From the NCBI RefSeq assembly GCF_009914755.1, contig NC_060939.1: a DNA stretch of 64,000 nt. One strand, 5' to 3'. The notes beneath the pieces were generated by a model. The model saw only the letters and a list, made by a program, of their open reading frames with translations. It searched no databases and was not told where the DNA came from. The position numbers and the translations under genes are program-made. Source of the DNA: the human T2T-CHM13v2.0 reference genome, Homo sapiens. Below, one piece after another: positions 28,050-41,494 of the stretch. Positions within the stretch are counted from its first letter, which is position 1; each line of letters opens with the position of its first letter.

Positions 28050-28543
28050 TATGCCCTCCAGGCAACCATATGCCTCAGGGAAAATGAGTTCCATTCCCAG
28101 CCCCAGGGGAGAATCTGGAGGAGCTTAAAGTGCTTGGGGGTAATTCCATTCCCCTTAAGAATGACTGGCTTGGGAATAAACATATGACATAATTCTGGCC
28201 AATGAAACAGGAAAGACTACTTAGGGGCTTTGGGAAAAGCTTTCTCAGTTTCAACCCACCCACAAGAAAAGACAACCCTGTGGGGCCCCTAGTCCATGTG
28301 TTTGGTTGTGATGCCTGGATCTGCTGCAACCATTTTGTAGCCATGAGAGAAGTTAACCTGGTGATATAGCAAAATACAGAAAGGCAGAGGCAGGAGAATC
28401 ACAAAAAGTAGAGCTAGAGTCCTAATACACTTCATCAGGATCCTTCCCTAGCTGTTTAGCTGAGTTATGTGATGATCAACGTCTTAAGCCAAGTGAGTCA
28501 GGATTATCTTGTACTTTCAGTCAAAAGGATCTCAACTGATACA
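28050..28543 (+). mobile_element. Old MaLR LTR (MLT1J/K-like)
   Basis: gacataattctggccaatga...gatgcctggatctgctgcaaccattttgtagccatga...aactgataca. Confidence 0.65.
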
Positions 28544-30049
28544 ATCAGTGTCTAAAACATGAGAATATGAACAAGACTCAGACATATGTACATTTGTGTC
28601 TGAAGATCCTATGTGTAAGTTTGCTAAGAAAAAACAAAAGGGCTGTGCACTCATGTCTAAGGACAAGCAAAAACGAAGTCAAATAAGCAGACAGACATTG
28701 AAGCCCTAACTTCGGAGGGGACTGTGCAGGCACAAACATATGAGAACTCAGCGTAAAGCACATGGGCAGGCATACAGGGGAGAAGGGGAATTTGTTTCAA
28801 CAAAATTAAGTTTGATGACAAAGGGAAGGGTGAAACAAAGAATCAATCAAACAAAAACACAAACAAAAGAATCTCGCCATGAATCTCTCTGCCACCTTCT
28901 AGTTGAGCCCACAGAGTTTCGGTCTCATTAACCCAAAAGGAAATTGGCCTGAGCCCTCTGCTCATCTACATCCATCATTTCCTGACAACCAACATATTAC
29001 AGTTCCGACTCCTAAGAGCATCTTCATAGCTGTGGAGCCGGGTGATAAAATGCTGCTTCTTAGAGTTGGGGGAAAGAAGTCGCTGGAGGGGATTCTTTTT
29101 TCAGAAATAAATCCAAGCTTGGAAAATATATTTTTCAGTACCATCAAGCTGGTTTCCCCCAACAGCATATTTATATCAGAAATTGTAATGATAGTTGTAA
29201 AAATATTGCTGTCAAGGCAAGGATGATCACATATTGTCACTTATACAAGTTTACAGAGTATTTTCAAATTCTCCTACCCCTTCATCTCAAAAGATACCTG
29301 CCAAGGTGGTCAACTTTTCTTATCTCAAATTTAGAGAAGGCAGGTGTCTTGCCCACAGTCATGCAGTGGCTGAGTGGTAGGCTGGGACCTGGGTCTAAGG
29401 CCACCCACTCTCATGTCACTTTTGTTTCTAATGAAAAAGGATCCTCTGTAACCCCCTAGTTCAGCTCATTCTCTCAGCCGCTAGACCCTGCCTACTCCAT
29501 GCCAAGACCATTATATTCTCTTCTTTAAATAAGATGTTTTGACCTTCCCAACAATTGTTTGGAAACAGTGACTTTGAGAAAGCTGCCTGCATCTTGATTT
29601 AAGCATTTCTCCTTGGAGCAGCTCCCTAAGATTCCATTCCTAAGAGGCAGCCGATCTGCCTGGAAACGAGGAATGCAGTGAAAATTTGGCCATGACCAGC
29701 ATCTCCGGATCTGGGGTTTAGGAAGTGTTAGAAGCACCTGCAACAGCTTCTAGGAAGAGAACAACAGGCAAAGATCCCCTGATCCATTTAAGTGGAGGGC
29801 ACTTAGTGCTCTGCCAGAAATCCTGAAGAATGTTACCACCCCAATTCGGGCTATTCCCACGGAATGCAGCTACGTCCTGTCCCTCCGAGGGGCTTGAGAG
29901 GAAATGTGACAGTGCCTGTGCCAAATGGGTTCAGGCCCATCTGGGCACTGTCACAGTGAGTGACCACACCTGCTGGGGAGGCAACAATGGAGCCCCCAAA
30001 CCCCAGAACAGCCCTGAATGGGATCCATTGAAACATCTGTGTCTACAGA

Positions 30050-30285
30050 GATGCTAACAGGTATACCTCAAAATCAGGTTCAGTAGCTCAAGAAATTTGA
30101 GAAGTGCTGCAGACCAAAGGTCCTTCTTGGTAAGTCTCAGGGATCTCTAGAATTAAAGGCTCTCAGAATCCTACAGTACGAAAGTTACTTAATCCAGGTT
30201 TTCCCAAAATTATTTTACCATGAAACTTTTTTTTTTAAGCAATGCCTATTCGTATCCTTCAGAGAACAATTTGCAAAACAATGAA
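30050..30285. mobile_element. MER103-like hAT fragment
   Basis: aatttgagaagtgctgc...aaggctctcagaatcctacagta...tttcccaaaattattttaccatgaaac. Confidence 0.5.
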
Positions 30286-33200
30286 TTAAAGGCAGCTGGA
30301 GAGAAGATGGAAGAGCAGTTGTACTCTTGGCTTCTTGGCTAAGATGTAGGTAGAGCTTTGGTTTTTAGTTATTGACCATCAACAATATAGTGCAAGGGGA
30401 ATGAGAACCGACAAATTCTTTGGGACATCTGTCATAAGGTATGACTCACGTGTTCACTCACAGCAAGATGGAGATGATGACTGCTTTCTCCTGGAAAAGG
30501 GCTTTTGGAAAGAGAACACTAATAGAGACCACCATCAACTACCGAGATTCCTGCTTGTAGGTGGGAGAAGGAGATCTTTTTCCCTTTCCCTGATTTTTAA
30601 CTTCTGCCCTTAAAATAAGAATGTCTGACTCCTTGGAGACATGGGAAGTAACCCTAAGCCCTTCCCTTACCCTGCATTCCTGGCTTCTCCCTGTGAAAAG
30701 CAAGTGACTTATTTGATGGGTGATGAGGGCGGAGTCCATCATCCACCATCACATTTCTCTTCTGGGCAAAGTTCATGAAGGAAAGGGAGTCTCTCCCTGT
30801 GCATATGAGCTTCCTGGGGTGTTCTTAAGCTCTCTGGCTTCCAAAAGGTAAGGTAAACCATGACCTTCCATGCAACTGAATGAATAATATCTGCTCAGCA
30901 AACCCAAGTTCTATCTGTACATCCAAGTTCAAGACAGGAGAAGCACCAAAAAACCCATTTTGGCTTTACGCCCAAGCTGCCTTCTTGGGCGCAACAATAA
31001 TGCTCATCTTTTGATTCCTATCTGACCCCTATGTATATGTTTTACCTGGTTCAGAATTATGACCCTTTAAAACTCCAATACAGACTGGATGCCTGAATCC
31101 AGTTGACGAAGAAAAAACATAAATTACTTATCTCTGGGAAATCTTGAGCTAGAAAGGATCTCTGGAGAAAAGTTAATCCTCTTACTCCTTGAAGACAAGA
31201 CTGAAGCCAAAACATGCCAGGAAGACAAGTAGTCCTTCTGTTTCTAGGCCACTGAGCAAAACAGAAAGGACCCACTCCATATTCTGCCCACCTTCAGCTT
31301 TTGGGTGCAGCTTCCCCTGGGCTCCCATCCCACCGGGAAATGACATTACTCCAAGCTGGCTGGGGGTCTCATCATTCTTCCCCTCCTCGACCATGAAGTG
31401 AATGCTTATCCCTCAAGTACTTTTTTAAAGCCAATTACCTTGTATTTACAGTGAGCATAATTAGACCTAATTACATAATTAGCATGACTGCATGCAGCTA
31501 CTAACTTTGAGTATGTGATTATGGCAGTGAGGCACAGAGCAGATGAGGTCATGATAACCACAAGGATGGCAGGTGGTCTCGGCCCAGGGAGATGAATGCT
31601 AATCTGTCACTTTGAACTAGTTGGTTTTAGCTCCAAAGTGCATGCTAGGAAAGTCTAGTGTTTTCAATTAATTTCAGGGAAATGGCTTCATATGATTTTT
31701 TTCTTCCAGGAATGGGGGAAAAATGTCAAAGTGCTATGCTTGGATTGTACCAACATTTAGGGAACTCAGACATCAGCACCCAGCAGAGATTAATATCTTG
31801 AGGCTGAGACTCTGTGGACAAGCTTGTATGTATACTAAAGTTCAAGCCCATGGGCCCAGGACTTATTTGCTTGGCTCCCAAGATATCTCATTCTGGCAAC
31901 ATCCAGCTCTTTCTAGAAAGAAAGAATACTAGTAATGTCTTCAGACTCATCCCTCCCTCCAGAGACCTTGGGCTTACCAAACCTAGCATCACAGAATTCC
32001 TGGGGGTCTCCTAGTTATTCTAATTGAATCTGAAGATAAGATTGAAGAAAAATCAGAGGGAGACAATACTAATTTATGTCCATTTAAAATGTTTTATGAA
32101 ACACTGCCTACCAAGCAGGGCCTGGAGATACTGAACTGGTGAAAAAGGTTAAAGCTAAATGTTTCCATTATTAACCAAGAGTCACCAAGATTCATCTTAT
32201 GGTTCCCCTAGAGTGGACTGTCAAGATCCAACCAGGAGAATAAAAGAGGGGACCCATCAGAATCCCCCACCCACCTTGGTCCTATTTCTCTCCCATGTCA
32301 CATCTAGCAGAGCCTGCCTCCTAAAACAACCGCAGGAAGCTAACAGCAGCCCCTGGTATGCCAACCTACCCTCTTCAGCCGCACACCCCATGCTCCCAGC
32401 CCAGCCCTGTAACCAGATCTCCTTCTTTGCATCAGGCAAGTCCATCCCGGACTTCTTCTAGAGAAAGAACTAGAAAGACTTTTTCTGCAGGAGTAGCAGC
32501 TGCTGCTGTTGCCTCTGTTACTGGTTCCAGGAAGGGCCCCAGCCTCCTAGACAAAGGAGCCCATTTTCCGTATTTCATCTGCAAGTCCATTATGCTGAGT
32601 TAAGTGGCTGGGAATAAACACCCATCATTACCCTACGCTAAGCGATGTTTGTTAGCATAGAAGGTGACAGAAATCTATATCACGCTGATGCACTGTTAAT
32701 ACTGCATTATGCACACAGGCTCTGTGCTCCCCACCACAGCTGGAAACTGGCCTGGGCAATTCCTCTTCCAGAAAAAGCAAGCTTCATGGTTAATTGACCC
32801 AGAAGAAAAGGAGGAGATAAGCCGCTTGCACACTCTGATGTCCCAGCTAAAGAGACAGTGCACAGATCTAGCAGTTCCAGCTTTGGTTATCTGTGCAGAT
32901 GTTCTTTGCCTTGTGGGCTGATATGTTAGAGGGGAATGCATCAAGCAGTTTTCCTAGGGAAAGAGAGTGAGGCCAGGAACTCCACACTACTGCTCTGTAG
33001 CTAAAGAGGGGTAAGAAAGGGTAGGTTGTCTGCTCTATCCCCAGGGCCTAACAGAGAGTGCCTGGTACTTAAGAAGGGATCAGTGGATGTTTGTTGACTG
33101 ACTGAAGGAGTAAAAGAGAAAAGGAAGTTGAAGAGAACCAACAGAGATGGAGTTTTGGCAATGTCATGAGAGTGAGGGGCCAAGACGACGCCAAGACAGA

Positions 33201-34008
33201 GCTACCAGGTCAGCCAGGGAGGATGTAGGACAGATCTAGGAAAGAAATGGGAAGGGGTGACCAGCCAGGAGCAGCTGAATGCACATCTATAGTTTAAAAT
33301 CTAGAAACTCATGTGGAAAAATGGATTCAGCATGGAAACCAGCTTGAAAGTGACATGTAGGGAAAGAGAAAGTGTCAACAAGACTTCTGGGAAAGTGAAA
33401 AGAATTAGGATGCCTGGAAAGGTGGGGTTCAGGGCTGACATCATGGAGAATCACCCTGACAAGCTGCCTTTGAAATGCTGTGAAGGCATGGACACATTGG
33501 TTGGTACCAAGAGGTGCCAGTCTTTTAGTAAACATGGCAATTGGTCTTTGACCGATGACAGCTTAGAAGTGAAGTATGCTCACTATTAGTCAATGTGAAT
33601 ATCCAATAAGAATTACACAGTCATCAGTTACCGGTATACTTTAGAGCAGAAGAGAGAAAGGTTGGTACAATCACACGTGTGTGGCCACACACACACACAC
33701 ACAACACATACACTTCACCAGGCACACCAAGAAGGACAGTGTGCATCCACAAGTGCCAGGAGACCCTCGGGCAGGAGCTGATTGGTGAAAGCCAGTCTAA
33801 TGTGAAATGCAATGAACCTCACTTGGTATAACCATTCACTTTTGCTATTTCTTATGAAGCTAAACATATTCTTACCACATGACCAGGCAATCACGTGTCT
33901 AGATATTTATGCAAATGAGTTAAAAACTTATTTCCACACAAAACCTGCACATGAATGTTTATGCAGCTTTATTTATAATTGCCCAAAAGAGGAAGCAATG
34001 AAGTTGTC

Positions 34009-34427
34009 TGTTACAGGTTATGTCCCCCTCAAAAAAGCTAGGTCAAAGCCCTAACTCCCAGTGCCTTACAATGTAAACTTTATTTAGAAATGGAGTCACC
34101 GTGGATGTGATTACTTAAGTGAGGATAAGGATGGGCCCCTAAAACTATATGTCTGGTGTTCTTACAAAAAGGCAGTCTTATGAAGACAGAGGGTTGGAGT
34201 GATGCAGCTGCAAGCCAAGGGATGCCAAAGATTCCCAGCAACACCACCAGAAACTAGGAAGAGGAAAGGAAGGATTGATTCCCTTATAGGTTTCAGAGGG
34301 AGGATGGCCCTGTCAACACCTTGATTTCAGACTTTGGGCCTCCAGAGCTGTGAGATAAAAAATTTCTGTTGTTTGGGGCCACCCAACTTATGGTACTGTA
34401 TTCCGGCATCCCTAAGAAACTAACACA
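34009..34427 (+). mobile_element. MaLR solo LTR (MLT1B/C-like)
   Basis: tg...aagccctaactcccagtgcc...gcagctgcaagccaagggatgcc...ccttgatttcagactttgggcctccagagctgtgaga...aactaacaca. Confidence 0.85.
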
Positions 34428-34504
34428 ATGCTTTTCACTAAGTGAGGAAATAAAAACTGTAATACAGCCATACAATGAAGTACTGCTCAGTGATAAAAAT
34501 AAAT

Positions 34505-34615
34505 GAGAATCGCTTGAACCCGAGAGGTGGAGGCTGCAGTGAGCTGGGATTGAGCCATCGCACTCCAGCATGGGGACAAGAAAGACTTTGTCTCAAAAAG
34601 AAATAAAATAAAATA
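34505..34615 (+). mobile_element. 5'-truncated Alu (right-arm end)
   Basis: gagaatcgcttgaacccgagaggtggaggctgcagtgagc...tgtctcaaaaag. TSD aaaataaatgag/aaaataactgag. Confidence 0.9.
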
Positions 34616-34627
34616 ACTGAGCTATCA

Positions 34628-34948
34628 GGCCAGGCACGGTGGCTCACGCCTGTAATCCCAGCACTTTGGAAGGCCGGGACGGGTAGATCACTAGGTCCAG
34701 AGATTGAGACCATCCTTGCTAACACGGTGAAACCCCTTCTCTACTAAAAATACAAAAAATTAGCCAGGCGTGGTGGCGGGTGCCTGTAGTCCCAGCTACT
34801 CAGGAGGCTGAGGCAGGAGAACGGTGTGAACCCAGGAGGTGGAGCTTGCAGTGAGCCAAGAATGCGCCACTGCACTCCAGCCTGGGCGACAGAGTGAAAC
34901 TCCGTTTCAAAATAAATAAATAAGTAAATAAAATAAAAAATAAAAAAA
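34628..34948 (+). mobile_element. AluY-like, full length
   Basis: Y-type diagnostics gagaccatcc..gctaacacggtg, ggtgtgaaccc and ggagcttgcag. The 18-bp TSD has 2 mismatches. Confidence 0.95.
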
Positions 34949-35779
34949 TAAATGAGCGATCAAGCCAGGAAAAGACATGGAGGACCTTAAACATATATTG
35001 CTAAGTGAAAGAAGCCAATCTGAAAAGGCTACACACTATGATTCCAACAATATGACATGTGGAAAAGACAACACTATAGAGACAGTAGAAAGATCAGTGG
35101 TCGCCAGGGATTGAAGGGTGTGAGGGGATAAACAGATGGAGGACAGCGGACATTTTGGACAGTGAAATTATTCTGTCTGACATTGTCATGGTGGATACAT
35201 GACACTATGCTTTTGTCAAAACCCACAGAACTTGTCCAACACAAGCAGTGAACCCTTCTTAAATTGCGGCTTTAATTAATAAAAATGTATCAATAGTGGT
35301 TCACCAATTGCAACTAATATACCATAATTATGCAAAATGTTAATAATAGAGAAAACTGTAGTGACAGGTGGGGACTTAAAGGAAATATGTGGGTGCTCTC
35401 TGTACTTTCTGAAATTGTTGTGTAAATCTAAACCTATTCTAAAACTGTTCTTTAAAATAAATAAAAATTAACCCCAGGGCCAGGTATCACCTTATCTGAA
35501 GGCAGTCATGGCCCCTCAAGAACTTGATTCTATGGAGAATTCAGAGAGGGGTAATAAGTGCCAACAGCCAGACCCAGGTTGGCCCAGCCTCATGACTTCA
35601 GAGGCCTTCAGCCAACCCTGAACACCCTATACAGGGCTGTCCTTATCCTAGAAACAGAAGAATGAGCCTCTACAAAACAAAAGAACTGTCCTTAATAGGT
35701 TGCTTCCCTTACCTCCAGCCTTGCTGAGTATATGTCAATCACTAGAAGTCTAGGCAACGAGATTTGATAGGGGAGGGAT

Positions 35780-36000
35780 GGATGCTGGAGGTAGCGGGTC
35801 TGAGTTTAAATCTCAGGCTCTCTCTTGTATGATCTGGAACAAGTAGCTTAAGCTCTCTGAGTCTCAGTTTCTTTAGCTATAAAATGGGAGTAGTAGCTCC
35901 CCCTCAGAGAGCTAGTTAAAGATCGCATAAGAAAAAAAACATAAAACACCAGCCCAGTGCTTGCTCTAAAGAGGCTGTTGATACAAATCAATAGTATTTT
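35780..36000 (+). mobile_element. MIR SINE
   Basis: ctctctgagtctcagtttctttagctataaaatgggagtagtag. Confidence 0.65.
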
Positions 36001-36017
36001 CCTTTTCCTCTCTGTGA

Positions 36018-36319
<302 letters not shown>

Positions 36320-36840
36320 CCTCTCTGAGTTTCTAGAGAGCCTGGGCGTGGAGTCATCTGACACATCTTAGTTAGCACCTTCTTTGACCCTAGTTCCATG
36401 CTGTGGTTTCTGTTGAAAATAAAGAATTATGACACTAGGAATAAACTCAAAGTCGGGTTTGGGAAACAGGACATGTATATTTGAGAAACGGCAGGCTGAC
36501 CTATGATTTGGCTCAAAGTCATTCAAGACTGGGGCATGGCACTGACTAAGCTATGGGTTAGAAGGAAGGAAGGAAAGGTCCCATTGCGATAGCATGGGGC
36601 TAGGAAGAATTCACAAGAAGCGAGAAATGAAAGAGGTGTTAAAAGACGAACAGGGTGTGGAAGGAAAGGAGAGGGAGTGAGGGTGAGGAGGGAAAATGGG
36701 CATTTCAAGGTAGTGGCTGGAGGTGTGGGAATGATGATCTGGAAAGAAGGAATAAAGGCTGGTGAGTCATCAGCAGAAAGCTGAAGAAGAGAGCAAGACA
36801 GGAAGGGAGGGAGGGAGGGCACAAGGTGCTCTCAGTGGTC

Positions 36841-36859
36841 CTGCAGCAGGGGGCGCCAT
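36841..36859 (+). promoter_or_regulatory. Candidate CTCF site
   Basis: CTGCAGCAGGGGGCGCCAT closely matches the CTCF core CCASYAGRKGGCRS, and the CpG is retained. Confidence 0.6.
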
Positions 36860-39210
36860 CCCATGTCTTGGTGTTCAGCTATGGTTGGACGTGAGCCCAT
36901 GAGGGTGGAGACCATGTGTCTCTTGTTCCCCAGTGTTTCCGGTGCCTAAAAGAAAGGCTGACACAAACCCTCAATAAACATGGATTAAATAGACAAAAGG
37001 GGAAAAATCAGCACAGTGGAAAGTGACTCGGATGCTAAGGAGGAAAGGAAGCTCAAAGGAACATGGTCAGGTTTTGCAAAGTGATCTTGGATGGAGAGTG
37101 GAGGGGCTCCTGGGGAAAAGAAACAGATGGACCTTCAGGACAGAGACCTACAAGAGGTGTGGCGATGGGCAGAGGAGCAGACAGACACTACCTCAAGGGG
37201 GAGAAGAGAGGAAAGGGCGGGCCAACCAGGATGGAGACAGGCCATCTTTGCAGACCCAGACTGGGAAGGCTGGGAGGGGATGACTCTGGGAAGATGGAGA
37301 CGCTGCTTCCTCTGAGACAGGGACAACATGGGAGCAAAGGCTGACAAGGACACCCAAGGACAGAAGGACGGGGCAGAGGCAGTTGCCTCTCCCCAGATGG
37401 TCTCTGTTTTCTCAACCAAGAGTATGGGTGTGGGGAGAAAAGGATGAACAGAGAACCCTGTTCATCCTTAAGATTAACCAAGAAGCCTTTCAACTGGCTT
37501 ATGGGAAAAGGCCAATGTGTGACTCCTGAGAAAGCAGCAAGCAGTCCAGCCCTCATCCATGAACAACTTACTGCAGTCCAGAGCTGCCACATGGGTGACA
37601 AAGGTAACTGAGGGTCCAATGTTGCTACAAATAACTTTTAGCTTCTCCCAAGTGACCCATCTGGACTGGTCCCTTGACTTCTCATTCTATTGGACCTGGC
37701 CCAAAGTCTAGGGTCCTCAGCTGTGTGACCAGGAGGGCTGTATCCATTTCCTGATGCTCTCAAGAACCAGAGGGCTATACAAAAATAATGAGGGGGGCTT
37801 TATTAGGCTTTGGGTTCTGTATACATTGCAAACTAGGAGCATCTTTATTCCGCTCTTTCGGAATCCCTGGAAAGGCTAAATAAATGCAGAATAAAGACAA
37901 TGTCAAATGCAGAGCCCTTGCTGGGAACATAGGTGTGGGGATGCAAGCATCTGATAAGGGATTGTACCAGGTGATCTCTAAATATCCTTGCAGCCTGACA
38001 TGCTAGGAAAAATGCTATGGACCAGATTGAAAGCAGATAGAAAGTGAGAAGCAAGGAGAGGACCAGCATCCTAATCATTTCCATCAGAAAGATCCCACTG
38101 TTTATAATAAATACATAAGTACAGAAAGAAAAGCACATTTGTGCTTAATCCATCACTGGGGGGATGGGGAAATAAGGGGTGAAGTCAGGTAGCATTATGT
38201 TCATGCAATTCCACCCCACATTACACATTTTTAAATGGGACAAAGAAGGGAATCAGAATGAGGAGACCCCCTGGGGGATTCACAATGTGAGCATTTTTAT
38301 TCTCTTAACCTTCCTGGTTCTTGCCATCCCCCTAAAGGAGTGACCCTGGCCTTATCTGCCACACCATAAATACTCTCCACTTATTTATATGCCAAGATGC
38401 ATGTGGCTTTAATTATTTATGATAGTGGCTCATCGCACACAGGGATGTGTCTTGGAGTCTGTTCCCTCGACTGATGAAGGCTTGGTTAATCAGAGACCTG
38501 CTGCTGGCTCAGCCAGTAAATCTCTGCTGAGGACTGGCCTGGGTCCCCTTTCACCCTGTCTGTGTGAGTCACCAAAGGATTAGCAGAGGGAGGATTAGAC
38601 AAATGCAGCTACAATGCTCCTGCTCATTGTCTGTCATGCCACTCATGTTTTCTGAAAACAATTAGGAGCCATTTGCTGTCTACTGATGGAACAGAAAGTC
38701 CCACTTCTTTAAAAGGGCTACTTTCCCCAGCATCAGAGGGTTCTGATGATCTGGAGTCATCTCATGATTTTCCTCTGATAAGGCATTGTTTGTTTTCCCC
38801 TGCTCCTTCAAGTCTCATCAGTAAACCTGCTGCCTTCCCATTTTCACCAACCTTTTCTTGTTTACACTGAAGAACCGTCTGGATCCTGAGAATAGCCACT
38901 TTGAATCACAAATCTAGAGGGCTCTAGAAGGAAGACTTCCTCCACATGGTTTGCCTAGTGGGATGAGTCCTTGGCTATGCTTTGTTTTGACACCAAAGGA
39001 TGTTCACCAGGCCCCATAGCTCTCTCCATGGCTCCCAGGCTTCCATGGGGACACTTATTCTGAAGGCCCAGAGGAAACTTGCCTCCAACACACCAGAGAG
39101 TCATCCCATCTGGCAACTGTGCGGATAACCTGGTATCAGGAGCTTCTGTGAGCAGATATGATCACGAGATCATATTCTGCACCAGGAATCCAGAGCTTCC
39201 ACTAAAGAGG

Positions 39211-39939
39211 ACAGAGGGATCCTCATTATTCACAGATTCTGTATTTGGGAATTCACTTACTTTCTAAAATTTATGTGCAGTGCCAAAACCAAGACTCAAG
39301 GCACTTTCCTGGTCATTTAGGGCCATGTGTAGAGTGACAAAATGTGACCCTAGGGGCACGTTTCCAGCTGAGACTCAACAAGGAGATATCTGCCTTCTTC
39401 CTTTTTAAAAAAAAATCATTTATTTTAATTGGAAAAAAAAAACCTGTCATCTGTCATATTTATCATGTACATTGTTCTAAAATTCTTGTTTCAACTCTCA
39501 TACTATAAACAACTACCTTTTTTGTGGTCTATTCCAGACCACATTTTTTTACACTTTTGTGCTTGTTGCTAGTGACTATGCAGTTTGGTAGGGCCCCCAA
39601 GCATCGTTCTGAAGTATTGGCTAGTGTTCCTTAGCTTAGGACAGCTGTGATGTGCCTCACAGAAAAAACACATGTGTTAGATAAGCTTTGCTCAGGAAGA
39701 GTGACAGTGGCCATGGCCATGAGTTCAATGTTAATGAATCAACAACATGTATTAAATAAGGTGTCTTTAAACAGAAACATATGACAAGGTTATGTATTGA
39801 CTGGTTGATAAAATGTGACCCGAGGCTCACAGGAACCTAACCTCGTGTCTTCCCTAGGAGCAATGGTTCAGTGTTCACTAATTCAGTGTTCACGGCGACT
39901 TCACAGAACACAACTGATACAGATAATGAGAACCAACTG
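39211..39939 (+). mobile_element. MER82 (TcMar-Tigger) near-full-length element with an ~85-bp AT-rich insertion at ~39398-39482
   Basis: atcctcattattcacagattctgtatttg...gggcccccaagcat...gagttcaatgttaatgaatcaacaa...aatgagaaccaactgta. Confidence 0.85.
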
Positions 39940-41494
39940 TATATTGAACATAGCAATGTCTAGGTCTCTGCTCAAATATCAACAGCACCCTAGGAAACTC
40001 AGTATCAACCCTAGACTGAGCTTGGACCCAGCTATCACCATAGAAGGTCCTTCCTCCCAGTCCTACCCAGGCCAGTCCTGGGGTGAGCCTGATCTGAGAC
40101 AGGAAATTTAGCCAGAAGTGAACTAATCTTTGTTCTGTGCTTCCCATGGTTTATCTGAAAAACAGGTATCTCTCTTCCTTGCCCAGCCGTGGTTCAGAAC
40201 CCAGATGTCCTTTTTCTGATACTGACAGGGAGCATCTGATACACACTGAGACAGATTCTGGAGAACACCCAAGGTTAGGAGGCAAACGATGACCTTATGC
40301 TGACTCAAGCCCACTCCCTCCCACTGTGGCAATGCTCTCCTAAAACTCAGAGCCAGGGAAATGAAGCAAAGGCTGATGGGGGTAGCCCAGTGCCCACTCT
40401 GCTGTAGGATGAACCAGCAGGAGCAGCAAGAGTTCTGTGAGCTACAAAGACTGTACTCCAAGTACAGAGAGCTCTGCCCAGGGGCTGAGCAAGACCAAAA
40501 AGCGCCTCTTCCTAGGCCCACCCTGCAACCCACTGAGACATGAAAAGAACCCACTGTCAGGAAGCCTGGGGCAGCCACCCAGAGCCTCGGTATTCCTGTC
40601 TGTAAGGTGAGGCCTCAACCTAGCCGATCACTTCTGTCCTTCCAGCTCTCAGGCAGGCATGGGTGTCCCTGTTCTCCAGGAGCTGCTGTGCTCTCTCTTG
40701 ATGCAGTGGATCATTTCCTGGGGACAGGAAGAGTAGGAGGAGCGGGGGTCTGCTTGGGTGTTGCTGGGCCCAGATTGAACCTGGGCACACAGCAGGAGGA
40801 ACCCTGCTGGATGGACAGACAAGTCATTGAGGCTCCAGGAGCTCAGAGGGGGCCTAGCAGGGCTCAGCAGAAGGACAAGGAGAGGGGTTGGAACCAACAG
40901 GAGAGGGGAGATGAGAGGGAAACAGGTGCCCTGAGCCCTCTGGTCTGAGTGAGACATCTGCAGTGGGGAGGTGAGAGTTCCTAGCGCTGGGGCTGTGATC
41001 TGATTCTCAGAAAGTGCACACTTCGGGGCACTGGAGGGGCAGCTAGAGAGATGTTTCCATTCAAAGGTACTCACCGCCCTTTATTCCCTTCCCCCTCATG
41101 GAGGCTTGGGTGGAGGTTCTGGTGAGCTCAGGGGCTGCTGTCTAAACAGAGTCAGGTTATGTTTCCTAGTTACATAGGCCAGGTCTAGAGAGAAGAACAG
41201 CCTCTCTGTGTCTCCTGCCTTATTGGGAGCACCCAGGGTCCTGCTGAGCCCAGGTGAAGAAAAAAGGGAAGCAGATTCAGACCCACAGGACCCCCTTCGC
41301 AGAGGACTCTGGTCCCGGGGACTCCTGGCTCAGGCTATTCTTCAAGTTTTGAAACAAACAGGGAGGGTCTCTTAGAAAGTGGGAGGTTGGCAGGTAGCAG
41401 GTCACCCTAGAAGGTTCCAGAACCCCAGGTACATGGTCTATCACCAACCACCCTCCCCTCCCCAGGAGGGAGAGCATTCCATCCCAGTACTTAC

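Larger units (their letters stand above)
33830..35465 (+). mobile_element. L1MC-type LINE-1 3' end (L1MC1/2-like), interrupted by an MLT1 LTR and two Alus
   Basis: aaacctgcacatgaatgttta...; aagccaggaaaagacatggagg...gaaagaagccaatctgaaaaggctac...tgtcaaaacccacagaac...ctctctgtactttct. Confidence 0.88.

Noticed and set aside
32430-32600. Possible cryptic NTRK3 terminal exon (minus-strand acceptor ...ggacttgcag| giving YEIRKMGSFV*)
   Set aside because: The polypyrimidine tract is weak, the peptide matches no isoform I recognise, and it cannot be supported without RNA data.
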